Position numbers and translations under genes: made by a program
The notes under the pieces: model-generated
What the model was told of the DNA's origin: nothing
Database searches by the model: none
The model's input: the letters and a program-made list of their open reading frames with translations, nothing else
Part shown: positions 41,685 to 51,905 of the stretch, in pieces
Layout: each line of letters opens with the position of its first letter
Numbering within the stretch: the first letter of the stretch is position 1
Assembly: GCA_963817385.1 (NCBI GenBank)
Contig: CAWFOM010000003.1
Coordinates: 32,001-96,000, forward strand
DNA length: 64,000 nucleotides
Reading direction: 5' to 3'
DNA from: an uncultured delta proteobacterium
Lineage (GTDB): Bacteria; Desulfobacterota; Syntrophia; Syntrophales; UBA5619

Positions 41685-44600
41685 ATGGCCACGCAAACCA
41701 CGCTCTGGACCGCGCTACCCAACGGCTACAGCGACGACGGTCGGTCGCTCCGCTTCTCGCTGCTCGTCTCGCCGCGACTTAATCCCGATTTCGAACCACA
41801 TCTCGAAAGTTTCCCGGACTTCGCGGACTGGCCGGCGACGTTGGCGCAAAGCCGATTCCTGCTGCACTTCGGCGGAACTCCTCCGGTCTCGATCGGCAGG
41901 TAACGACATGATGGGCCCGACGCGCATCGACGATCGGCTCGGGCTGCCGGATTCGAGCGTGTGGACGGCGCTCTTTCCGAAGATGACCTTCGTGCGCGGA
42001 TTCGCGTTCCGCGACCTTTCGCAGCACGCCGTGCTCTCGTATCCCGCTGCGGACGTGGAAGGGCTGGTGCGCGGCCTTTACAGCCGGCTCGCGGCTTCTG
42101 CGCTGGATCAACTTCCGACGGCTTCAACGTTCCTCGACGACCCGGCGTGGACAGCCCTGCTGAATGCGGTGGCACGCAACGACGAACAATTCACGGACCG
42201 CAAATACAATCGCAAGACCGGGCGTTCGACCGCCATCCGTGACACGCCGGAAGCAGTTCGCCGCGTTCAAGAACCGCGCATTCCAGAAGCGAAACATCGC
42301 ATCGGATCTCGCTCGCTTTCAGCTCTTTCACACGCCGCCATCAACGCCGAAGACGCGATACATACAACGTTCCGCCGGAGGACGCCAAGTCGCGCGCGGA
42401 GTGGCACGGCTACGAGCAGACGCAACTTGCCGAAGCCCGGCGATTTCCAAAATGACGATCGACTTCCACCAGATTGTCGCGGCGATGAACCAGTACCCGA
42501 CGCTGCTGCGGCGGCTCGGGCTTGTTGTCGACGTGCTCATCGCTCGCGACGCGTTCACCGCGGCGCCGGACGCGCTGCTCTGGGTGGAAGCGGAGCTTCC
42601 GCAGGGCGTCCCCACCGTGGAGCGTCTGCCGGATGCGTCGCCGCGCACGCACACGCTTCTCGACGCGGGTCGCTTTCAAGCGGTGCCACGGACACTTCCG
42701 CAACCGGGCGATTTCCGCGTTGCGAATGGCCTCCTCGATCTCGATCCAAAGACGTTCAGTTTCGTCCAGACTGACGTGGATGGCGCAGGCATCAAGGTCA
42801 CGAACTTTGCGCGATCATTGCTCACGCTACGCGGGGAGCCCAACTACCAGCTTGATCCGGTGACGAAGCAGAAGCGCGAACTCGGTGCGCCCGCGCTGCG
42901 CAATGCTGGACTCGTGCTCGTGCATAACCAGCGCGCCGACATGCTTAAGAACGCGATCGGGCGCCAGGGCCAGTTTAACGCCGCCGCGGAGAAGATCCAG
43001 CAAGGCGTCCGAAGCCGCCGCCGCCACCCGGCGCTGTTTGCCGAGGATCTCGTGCGGGGTTATCGCATCGACATCTGGGACGACGTGTCGAAGCGCTGGC
43101 ACTCGCTTTGCCGGCGGACGGCGACCTACGAGATCGACAGCCGGCGCGGTCGTCATCGGCGTGCCGGAGGAGGAAGGCACGGTGCGGCTCGCAGCGACGA
43201 CTTCGCCGATCCGGCGAGCAATCCCGACATTATCTGGCTGCACGAGACGCTCGTGGCCTGGCCGGGCTGGAGCCTCTGCGCGCCTGCGCCGGGCCGGACG
43301 ATTGGGCACGACCCGAGCGACCACAGCGATCCGGTGACGAAGGCCGAGCCCGAAGTACCGCCGGGATTGCGTTTGAAAAGCGCGTTCAAGGTGCTGGCCG
43401 GGCTCGCTGCCGAGACTGCGCTATGGCCGCAAGTATTGGCTCCGCGCTCGGGTCGTCGATCTCGCGGGCAATTCGCTGGAGTTGCTGCCGAAGGATTTCG
43501 GCCCGGAGCAATCGAAGAAAAACGCGCGACCGTATTTTCGCTTCGAGCCGATTTCCGCGCCGGCCATCGCGCTCGTGAAACCGACGCCCGCAACGATCGA
43601 CGCCCCGGCCGAAGGCGAGTCGATGGAACGCATAGCAGTGCGCAGTTTCAACGCCACGCCGCCGCTCAATACCGTACCGACGCCGCAACGCGCGCGCCGC
43701 TTTGCCGTGCCGAGCCGCACTACACAGCGCGAAGCCGAGCAGCATGGCATGTTCGACGTCGCCGACATCGTCGACCCGGCGTTTTTCACGATGCTTGCGG
43801 CGAAGGACGACTCGCTTCCCGAGGAGAAGCTCCTGACTGCGGGCCCGCTCTCCGGGGGCGCACCGGTCGAGACGGGATACGCGGTCATGGTCGATGGCGA
43901 TGCCCTGCCGTATCTGCCGGACCCCCTCGCCATCGAAATCGCGGCGCGCATCTTCGATCACCCGAATTTTCCCGACACGAAGATCCTCACGATCCCGCTC
44001 TACGTAGGCACGAAGTGGCCGAACGCGCTCCCTTTCAAAATCGAAATCTACGACGATCCCAACGACACGCCGCACTACGACGACGCCGCGCGTTCACTCT
44101 TGATCCCGCTCCCAAAAGCAGCTCGTTGCACCTTGCGGCTCAGCGTCCAACCAAGCGCCGACGCGTTGAAAATTCTGGGCGTCTGGAATTGGCTCACCGC
44201 TGCGCAACAGACGCAAACGATCGTGATCAATGGGCAGACGACGACCCTCGAAAAGCTCGCGCACCGCGGCCAGCATTGGATGCTCACGCCGTGGCGCCAC
44301 CTCGAGCTCGTCCACGCGGTGCAGCGCCCGCTCATCACGCCGGAGATGACGAAGGTCATCGTTGACCGCCCGGACAGCGCCACCTTCGCGCTGCCGAATT
44401 TCACCGCGACCTGCAGCATCCCGAGCACCGATCGCATCGACCTGCGCGCCAATTGGAATGAGCCGTTCGAAGACGCCGCCGCAAACCAGCTCGAGAACCG
44501 CGCGCGCATCGACCACGCCTTCTCGGTCAAGATCACCGACGCCAAATCCTACGCCGGATTTCCCGACTACCTCCCGCAGGGCGTCGATCTCATCGGCGTC

Positions 44601-46042
44601 GGCCGAATCTATCTCACGATCGCCTCGGGAAAAAGATCCACGAGTTCCATGATACGCGGTATCGGCGGATCGAATACTGGATCGAGGCAACGACGAAGTT
44701 CCGCGAGTTCATGCCGGCGAGTCTGCTGACGGAAGTCGTGAACGGTATAACGCAACCGACGGAAGAGAACATCAAGGTCGTCGGCCCGAAGGTTCGCACG
44801 TGGATTCCGTGCTCCGCGCCCCCGCCCGCTCCGGAAGTGCTCTATGTGATACCGACCTTCGGCTGGGTGCGCTCGGGCGAGGAAACGAGCAAGAACAGTT
44901 GGCGGCGTGGCGGCGGGTTGCGCGTCTATCTCAATCGTCCGTGGAACACCTCCGGCTACGGCGAGATGTTGGCCGTCGTCCTGCCCGCCTCGACGTTCAC
45001 CGACGATCCGAACGATCAACCCGCGGGGCAGCCGTTGAAGAATTTCGTGACGCAATGGGGCAACGATCCGATTTGGCTCAGCCCGTTTGTTCCGGGCTCT
45101 TCACCGAAGCCCGGCAACTTTCCGCTCGCGCGTACCGCGGCCGATCCCGACGGCAAATGGCTGCCGGACTTCGCCCCGGCGGAGGAAGCGGATCAGCCAC
45201 CGGGATCGTTTCAGGTGACGGGGCTTGAGCATCCCGATTTGCACACCCCGACCGCACAGTCGGTCGTCGATGTCGCGCCGCACGATGTGTTTTTCGATGA
45301 AGAGCGACAGCTCTGGTATTGCGACATTGAGGTCACGTGGGGCGCGGCCTATTTCCCGTTCATCCGACTCGCACTCGCGCGCTACCAACCGGTCGCTCTC
45401 CACGCCGCGCATTTGTCGAACGTGGTTCTCGCCGATTTCATGCCGCTCGTCCCCGATCGGTGGCTGAACGTGACGCAGACGCGCGACCCGAGGACGCGGC
45501 AGGTGAGGGTCTTCGGCAATACGTTCACCGACTCGAGCTCGCACCAGGAAGCGGCGCTCGCACCCGCAGAAAGTCTCAGGCTTCTTGATGGCACGATCCT
45601 CGATCTGCATGCACCCAATGTCGCGCCGTCGAGTGTCGTCGAGGTTTGGGTCGAACGCTTCGATCCCACGCTGGGCGAGGATTTCGGCTGGCGGCGCGAA
45701 CCCGACGCTATCGTCCAACAGGGCGCTGCGAAACCAATCGCGCGCCCGATCTTCTCGACGAAAGCGGCGCTCGCCAAGGGGCCTGTCCGCGCCGCCGATC
45801 TGCTGGTCCATCGCGAATTTGAGGCCCTCATCGACGAGGGCCTCATCCACCACATCTTCGGCACGCTGACGCTTTGGGAAGGCAGCGTGACGCTTCCAGA
45901 AGCCCCGAGCGGCGCCGCGCGCTACCGCCTCGCGATCGCGGAATACGAAGAATACCTCGTGGACGACGCGATGCCTTACGATCGGATCCCGACGAAGAAA
46001 GACCGCCGTCTCGTCTTCATGGAATACGTCGATCTTGGCTGA
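41685..46042 (+). CDS. Giant hypothetical protein B (~1450 aa reconstructed; many frameshifts)
   Basis: ATG 1 nt after the gene A stop, with GGAGG inside the end of A. Protein-like segments chain through ORFs 41685, 41572, 42164, 42885, 43482 and 44711. Pro/Trp-rich beta-sandwich-like motifs such as RLRYGRKYWLRARVVDLAGNS. Confidence 0.72.
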
Positions 46043-46201
46043 TCGCATAGCTCCTCGATTGCGGGAGATGGCGAAAAGTGCGACAAGGCTGATAAAAAGC
46101 GCACAGTAAAAATTTGACCGTTAGCCATCCTTTCAAGCGGAATTCCCTTCCGAATCCAGCATGGTTGCCTGTTTATTCAAGCAAACAACAAAATTTCTCC
46201 C

Positions 46202-46230
46202 TTGACAGTGACGCCATAATTTGGCACCAT
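46202..46230 (+). promoter_or_regulatory. hicAB promoter with an overlapping imperfect palindrome
   Basis: TTGACA-17 nt-CACCAT, 6 nt before ATG 46237; TGACGCCA-TAATT-TGGCACCA inverted repeat. Confidence 0.55.
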
Positions 46231-46236
46231 CCAGCC

Positions 46237-46491
46237 ATGACGCGCAAGCACCGCAAGACCCTTGAATTGATCTTTGCGCATCCCCCCAGCGCAAAGGTGA
46301 AATGGCGCGATATTGAAGCGTTCTTCCGCGAGTTGGGTCCTGAGGTGTCGGAACGGGAAGGATCGCGTGTCGGCGTTCGGCTGTTTGGGGAACGAAGGGT
46401 GTTCCATCGTCCCCACCCGTCGTCCGATGCCGATAAAGGCGCAGTAGCGAGTATTCGCAAATGGTTGAAAAAGGATGGAGTGAAGTCATGA
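46237..46491 (+). CDS. hicA: HicA-family toxin
   Basis: MTRKHRKTLELIF...VKWRDIE...EREGSRV...FHRPHP. Confidence 0.88.
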   Translation: MTRKHRKTLELIFAHPPSAKVKWRDIEAFFRELGPEVSEREGSRVGVRLFGERRVFHRPHPSSDADKGAVASIRKWLKKDGVKS

Positions 46492-46832
46492 AGAACGTTA
46501 TGGAGATCAACGGTGTAAAGGCTGTTATCGCCTTCGACCCCGAGATCAATATGTTCCGGGGTGAGTTTGTGGGGTTGAACGGCGGCGCCGATTTTTACTC
46601 AACCGATATAGATGGATTGCGCCGCGAAGGTGAAACGTCCTTGAAGGTCTTTCTTGATATGTGCGCCGAGGAAGGGGTTTCCCCCTACCGGAAAACATCC
46701 GGTAGATTAAACCTTCGCCTTTCCCAGGAGTTGTACGACAAAGCAACAACTTTGGCCAAGGCGTCGGGAAAGAGTGTGAACGCCTGGATTGCGGATGTTA
46801 TCCGTCATACCGATGACGTCCTCACCCATTAG
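46488..46832 (+). CDS. hicB: HicB-family antitoxin
   Basis: ATGA overlap with hicA; FRGEFVGLNGGADFY; SGRLNLRL...SVNAWI RHH tail. Confidence 0.9.
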   Translation: MKNVMEINGVKAVIAFDPEINMFRGEFVGLNGGADFYSTDIDGLRREGETSLKVFLDMCAEEGVSPYRKTSGRLNLRLSQELYDKATTLAKASGKSVNAWIADVIRHTDDVLTH

Positions 46833-46867
46833 TTATATCGCTTTCTCGGTGGGGAAGATCGGGAAAT

Positions 46868-47183
46868 ATGCCGCTGACAAGGGATTTTGAGGAGACGGTC
46901 ATGGCACGGGGCAAGTCGGATCCGGCCTTCAGGGGCGAATTGATTGTTGAGGCGACCAATGCATTCCTGATGGACGACATGGGAAACGGGCAAGACGCTG
47001 CTGCGCGACTACCTGAACGCCACCGAATCCATCGCCGATATCGCCCGGGAACTGAAGGTCAACGAGAAGAGCCTGCGCCGCATGCTCGGTCCGAAAGGGA
47101 ACCCGACCCTCAAGAATTTCCTCAGCCTTCTGAAGGTGTGCAGTTCGGCGGAGCGCCTTACGCTTCAGGTCTGTCACCATTGA
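46868..47183 (+). CDS. HTH addiction-module antidote-like protein (frameshift near 46982), no cognate toxin adjacent
   Basis: MPLTRDFEETVMAR..DPAFR then, in the shifted frame, TGKTLLRDYLNAT...KSLRRMLGPKGNPTLKNF...CHH*. Confidence 0.75.
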
Positions 47184-47287
47184 TCTATAAAACGGAACGT
47201 CTGGAGCAACTCAAATTCAACAGTCTGGCCAGTGATGCGGGGCGGCTATCTGAGTTAACGTAAATGATGCAATGAGGTCGAATTTGT

Positions 47288-47941
47288 ATGACTGAGACTG
47301 GCCGTTACGACGTATCGGGTTTGATCGAGGCTCAGTATCAAAAGGGTTCCCGTGGACGCGTCCTTCGCAATCTACTGGGAATTTCCGGCAAACGGATGAT
47401 GGATGAGGCGGAGGCGAGGGAGCAGAAACGAGCGCTGAAGGAAATATTATCCGTTTACACTTTAGACCATCGTTTCAAAGCCGCGGATATCTGCAGGATG
47501 CACAAGATATGGCTTGGTGTGATCTATCAATGGGCAGGGCGGTATCGGCAGGTCAATTTGTCCAAAGGGGCCTTCCCTTTTGCCGCGGCGGGAAGGATTC
47601 CTGATTTAATGGACGGTTTCGAAAAGGGACCCTTACGGCGATTTACCCCTTGCCTGTTTGCGACGCGACCGGAAGTGGTTCACGCCCTCGCTGTCGTCCA
47701 CACGGAACTGGTTCTCATTCATCCCTTCCGGGAAGGGAACGGTCGCGTGGCACGCATGTTGGCCATTGTGATGGCGGTGCAAGCCGGTTTGCCTCCCCTG
47801 GATTTCGGTCATCTGAAAGGGCGAAAAAAGCAGGAATACTTCCGGGCAGTGCAGGCGGGAATGAATTATGATTACGCTCCGATGGAGGAGATACTTACCG
47901 GCGTGATCGAGAGGACGTTGAAGCGACGCAGCCAACCTTAG
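47288..47941 (+). CDS. Fic family protein (no internal inhibitory helix seen)
   Basis: VLRNLLGI, WAGRYR.VNLSKG, IHPFREGNGRVAR. Confidence 0.92.
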   Translation: MTETGRYDVSGLIEAQYQKGSRGRVLRNLLGISGKRMMDEAEAREQKRALKEILSVYTLDHRFKAADICRMHKIWLGVIYQWAGRYRQVNLSKGAFPFAAAGRIPDLMDGFEKGPLRRFTPCLFATRPEVVHALAVVHTELVLIHPFREGNGRVARMLAIVMAVQAGLPPLDFGHLKGRKKQEYFRAVQAGMNYDYAPMEEILTGVIERTLKRRSQP

Positions 47942-48116
47942 CTTGCTTGGCTTGCACTGCAACACCGAGTGCGCGACAGGCAGCAGATCTGACGCCCTCG
48001 ATGGCCGAGGAGGAGATAACAGAGCGGGTGAACCAGGCGTCGCATTCCGCGGGATCCTGCAGATAGGGATTGGTCTTGATCAATGATGCTGTCTTGCTTT
48101 TTTTCATTTTTTGCAT
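47895..48116 (-). CDS. Putative Fic antitoxin (SSAIEG inhibitory motif), convergent with fic
   Basis: 73 aa ORF containing SVISSSAIEGV. Preceded by TTGCCA-17 nt-TAACAT (48151-48123, minus strand) ending 6 nt before the ATG. Confidence 0.6.
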   Translation of the reverse strand: MQKMKKSKTASLIKTNPYLQDPAECDAWFTRSVISSSAIEGVRSAACRALGVAVQAKQAKVGCVASTSSRSRR

Positions 48117-48254
48117 GGTTGCATGTTAAACGAATTTCGTTAAATTGGCAAGATCTTTTATAGTTCAAACAGGACGACCTTCCCCTTCTCCACACCATTC
48201 TTCCACGGGGTGATGGACCCGTTTCTGGGAAAGGCGACCGGCGTCCCACCAGTG

Positions 48255-48494
48255 AGGGAAAAGGTGGCTGTATAAGTGGCGGAACAAGTGAGGGAATAAA
48301 CCGCCTCTTGGAATCCGTTCGCAAAAATCGAGAGAGTTGTTGAAATCGCTGCTGCATTGAATATTCCCTCAAAAACCATCGAACACTGGATAAAGAAGTT
48401 GAGGGAGCAGGGAAGGATCGCTTTTATCGGACCCCGGAAGACTGGCGGGTATTTTCCTTCCGACCAATCCTCCAGCGTGACAAGGATGCAATGA
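48255..48494 (+). pseudogene. Remnant of a C-terminal winged-HTH domain
   Basis: Reads SGGTSEGINRLLESVRKN / VVEIAAALNIPSKTIEHWIKKLREQGRIAFIGPRKTGGYF, with no start codon and a frame break. Confidence 0.6.
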
Positions 48495-48543
48495 CCCAAC
48501 TGAAGAACAGATAGACTTGTTTAAACATGTGCGAAAGTTGAGC

Positions 48544-49842
48544 ATGAAAATGATGACAAAGGAAGAGACGTGGCAAAAGCTTTGCAAATACAAGCTTGAA
48601 TTCGGTAAGATGCCAAAAGGAAACTGGTCTATTGGCGGTCTGGGAGCAGCCAATGAGCATGGAATGCGCGGTTTTGACCTTGAGGGTGCCGACTTCAGCG
48701 AATCCTATTTAGGCGCCGGTAATTTTAGTGGGGCAATTCTCATTAATGCTAACTTTAGCGGGACCGAACTTTACGAAGCCAAATTTTATAAAACCAACCT
48801 TAGCGGAGCGAATCTTACCAGAACAAGACTGGATAGCGCCGACTTGTCCTTAGCTAATCTATCAGATGCCGATCTCTCAAATGCTTTTTTCTTATATGCC
48901 AACCTTAGTGCTGCAAATCTCAACGGTGCAAAGCTTCAAGAATCGATTCTTGAAGAAGTTAATCTAAATCGTGCGGATCTTTCACAGGCTGATATAACGG
49001 GTTCTACGTTTTGGGGAGTTTCCACCGCAGGGTGGAAAATTGAAGGTATAAAGGCACGTCATGTTTATTTCTGTGAAAATTATAGAAAAGATAAGGAGAA
49101 TTACAGAAGAGATTTTAAAGAAGGACAATTTGAGGCACTTTATAGATCTCTTCCAACAGTAGAAATGATCTTTGCAGAGGGTCTCAGTCCAATAGGTCTA
49201 TTTACGCTTAATTTGTTGGTAGAAAGAATTAATAAGCAAAACCCAAATTTTGGCGTTAAAATGACCGATATCCATAAGAATGAATTCGGAACAAGAGTAG
49301 GTATAAAGATAAATAAAGATGACGACCTCAGTACCGTGGGACACATAATACAGGATATCATAGCACAAGTGGCATCAGAGATTTCATCTGAGACACTTAC
49401 CTCATATATGACAAAAATACTACCCAATAATTACGGTAAATTATCAAACAATATATCACAGAATCCGTTATCGCCAATTGTAGTCAACATAATGCAACCC
49501 ACATTTCAATTTATTAAAGCGGATGGCTCTACGCTCTCTGGATCAATCTCTCAATCAGGAGCAATGTTGAATTTTGAGAATGTCATTATCCGGAACTATG
49601 GAAGCCATAGAGAAGAGGTTGATACGTTATTTGTTGCCCTCAAAAATTCTTTCGATGAGTATGATGTATCGGTGAGAAATATGCTAACAGAAAAGACCGA
49701 TAGAATGATAGAATCTATAAAGAAAGGGAATAATATTAGTTATATTCAGAATGTATGGGAAGAAATCAAAGAAGGTATTAAGACCGGTGGAGCCGCAGCG
49801 ACTTTAGCGACAACGATAGCCCGCTTACTTGGTCTATCGTAA
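48544..49842 (+). CDS. Pentapeptide repeat protein with an unknown C-terminal domain
   Basis: A(D/N)L(S/T)x repeats in the N-terminal third; visibly AT-rich gene. Confidence 0.9.
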   Translation: MKMMTKEETWQKLCKYKLEFGKMPKGNWSIGGLGAANEHGMRGFDLEGADFSESYLGAGNFSGAILINANFSGTELYEAKFYKTNLSGANLTRTRLDSADLSLANLSDADLSNAFFLYANLSAANLNGAKLQESILEEVNLNRADLSQADITGSTFWGVSTAGWKIEGIKARHVYFCENYRKDKENYRRDFKEGQFEALYRSLPTVEMIFAEGLSPIGLFTLNLLVERINKQNPNFGVKMTDIHKNEFGTRVGIKINKDDDLSTVGHIIQDIIAQVASEISSETLTSYMTKILPNNYGKLSNNISQNPLSPIVVNIMQPTFQFIKADGSTLSGSISQSGAMLNFENVIIRNYGSHREEVDTLFVALKNSFDEYDVSVRNMLTEKTDRMIESIKKGNNISYIQNVWEEIKEGIKTGGAAATLATTIARLLGLS

Positions 49843-50042
49843 TGTCTGATCTCATATCATAATATTTAGCTTCTTCTATAAAGCCAGTGTTTATAATTTG
49901 CGAATGTTTCTATCAGAAATGCATACCGTTTTTTTACTGCAACCTTCAATACTTGGTGAAGGCGAGTGTCATATGCTGTCAGTATTATCCCTTTTCAGAA
50001 GCCAGAAAGTACGCAAGAACCGGATGAACCCGAAAAATTGTC

Positions 50043-50771
50043 TTGAGCGCGAAGGGAGTTGATTTGGCCGAACCGAAACCACCCATCGTAGAAATCAGGA
50101 ACCTCTCCAAGTCCTATCACCGGGAAAGCCTCGCCGTCCCGGTCCTGCACGATATCACCTTCGACATCGCCGAAGGGGAATTCCTGGCGCTGATGGGACC
50201 GTCCGGTTCCGGGAAAACGACCCTCCTGAACCTCCTGGCCGGGATCGACAAGGCGGACAGCGGGACGATCCGGGTGGGCGGTGTCGACATCACCGCCCTT
50301 TCGGAGACCGAGCTCGCCCATTGGCGCGCCAATAACGTCGGCTTCATCTTTCAGTTCTACAACCTCATCCCCGTGCTGAAGGCGGTCGAAAACGTCGAGC
50401 TGCCTCTCCACCTGACCGCGCTCTCCCGGCGGGAAAGGCGGGAGCACGCCGAAATGGCCCTGCGCATGGTGAGCCTGGAGCACCGGATGGATCATTATCC
50501 CAAGGAGATGTCCGGAGGCGAACAGCAGCGGGTCGCCATCGCCCGCGCCATCGTCACCGATCCCACCATTCTGGTCGCCGATGAACCGACCGGGGATCTG
50601 GACCGCGTATCGGCCGAAGAGATCCTGACGATGATGGAGCGCCTGAACGCCGAGATGGGCAAGACCATCGTCATGGTCACCCATGACCCCCGGGCGGCCC
50701 AGCGGGCAAAGGTTCTGAGGATTTTGGACAAAGGATACCTGAACGATGCTCCAGCTCAAAATCCTCTTTAG
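50043..50771 (+). CDS. ABC exporter ATP-binding protein (LolD/MacB-like; start may be 50064)
   Basis: GPSGSGKTT, GFIFQFYNL, MSGGEQQRVAIAR, ADEPTGDLD, VTHD. Confidence 0.93.
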   Translation: MSAKGVDLAEPKPPIVEIRNLSKSYHRESLAVPVLHDITFDIAEGEFLALMGPSGSGKTTLLNLLAGIDKADSGTIRVGGVDITALSETELAHWRANNVGFIFQFYNLIPVLKAVENVELPLHLTALSRRERREHAEMALRMVSLEHRMDHYPKEMSGGEQQRVAIARAIVTDPTILVADEPTGDLDRVSAEEILTMMERLNAEMGKTIVMVTHDPRAAQRAKVLRILDKGYLNDAPAQNPL

Positions 50772-51905
50772 GAATGCCTTTCACAACAAGCTTCGCAGCG
50801 GGCTCACGATCCTGGGCATCACCGTGGCCGTTCTGGCCTTCGGCCTGCTTGCGGACGGTGATCGGCGCCTGGTACGCCGGCGTCGAGGCCGCTTCGGCGT
50901 CCCGCCTCGTCACGCGAAACGCGATCTCCATCATCTTCCCCCTCCCGATCGCCTACGCCGAAAAGATCCGGCAGATCGAGGGAGTGAAGCTCGTCTCCTG
51001 GGGCAACTGGTTCGGCGGCATCTACATCGATGAGAAGAATTTCTTTCCGAACTTCTGCGTGGAGCCGCGGACCTATATGGCCATCTACCCGGAATTCGTC
51101 CTCAGCCACCCGGAGAAGAAGGCCTTCCTTGCCGACCGGAAGGGCTTTGTCGCCGGCCGGAAGCTGGCGGCGAGGTACCACTGGAAGATCGGCGACCAGG
51201 TCACCCTCAAGGGAACGATCTACCCGGGAAACTGGGATTTCGTCCTGCGGGGCGTCTACCGGGGCCGGGATGAGACCATCGATGAGACGCAGTTTCTTTT
51301 CCACTGGGATTACCTCAATGAAACCATGAAACGGAGTCTCCCCCGGAAGGGCGGACCAGGTGGGTTTCTACATGATCGCCGTCGCCCGGCCGGATGTGGC
51401 GCCGGACGTGGCCCTGGCCATGGACAAGGCCTTCAAGAACTCCCTGGCCGAGACGCTCACGGAGACGGAGAAGGCCTTCAACCAGGGGTTCATCGCCATG
51501 AGCGGGGCGATCGTTACGGCCATCCAGATGGTCTCCTTCGTCGTGATCCTCATCATCATGGCGGTCGTCGCCAACACCATGGCCATGACCACCCGGGAGC
51601 GGATCGGCGATTACGCGATCATGAAAACCCTGGGGTTCGGCGGCGGATCGATCGCGGTCATGATCTTCGGCGAATCCCTCGTGATCGCCCTGACCGGCTG
51701 CCTGACCGGGATGATCCTGACCTTTCCGGCGGCCAGGGCCTTCGGCCAAGCCCTTTCGACCTACTTCCCCATCTTTATCGTCTCGGCTGAGACGCTCTGG
51801 CTCGATCTCCTGGCCGCCTTCCTGATCGCCTTTTTCGCGGCGATCATCCCGGCCCGCCGTGCGGTCCGCGTCGGCATCGCCGAGGGATTGCGGAGGATCG
51901 GATAA
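50746..51905 (+). CDS. FtsX/MacB-family ABC permease (frameshifts near 50850 and 51350)
   Basis: RSGLTILGITVAV, then the periplasmic domain, then ANTMAMTTRER..DYAIMKTLGF across ORFs 50746, 50774 and 51360. Confidence 0.88.

Larger units (their letters stand above)
36317..50042. mobile_element. ~13.7 kb composite accessory region between the adaptor and ABC ATPase genes
   Basis: Splits an adaptor-ATPase-permease-permease gene set; mosaic base composition; TA modules; duplicated target end; no integrase or transposase seen. Confidence 0.7.

Noticed and set aside
37981..46042. Giant genes as phage tail, Rhs/Tc toxin, autotransporter or NRPS/PKS
   Set aside because: No YD repeats, signal peptide, terminal barrel signature, catalytic motifs or neighbouring phage/secretion genes.
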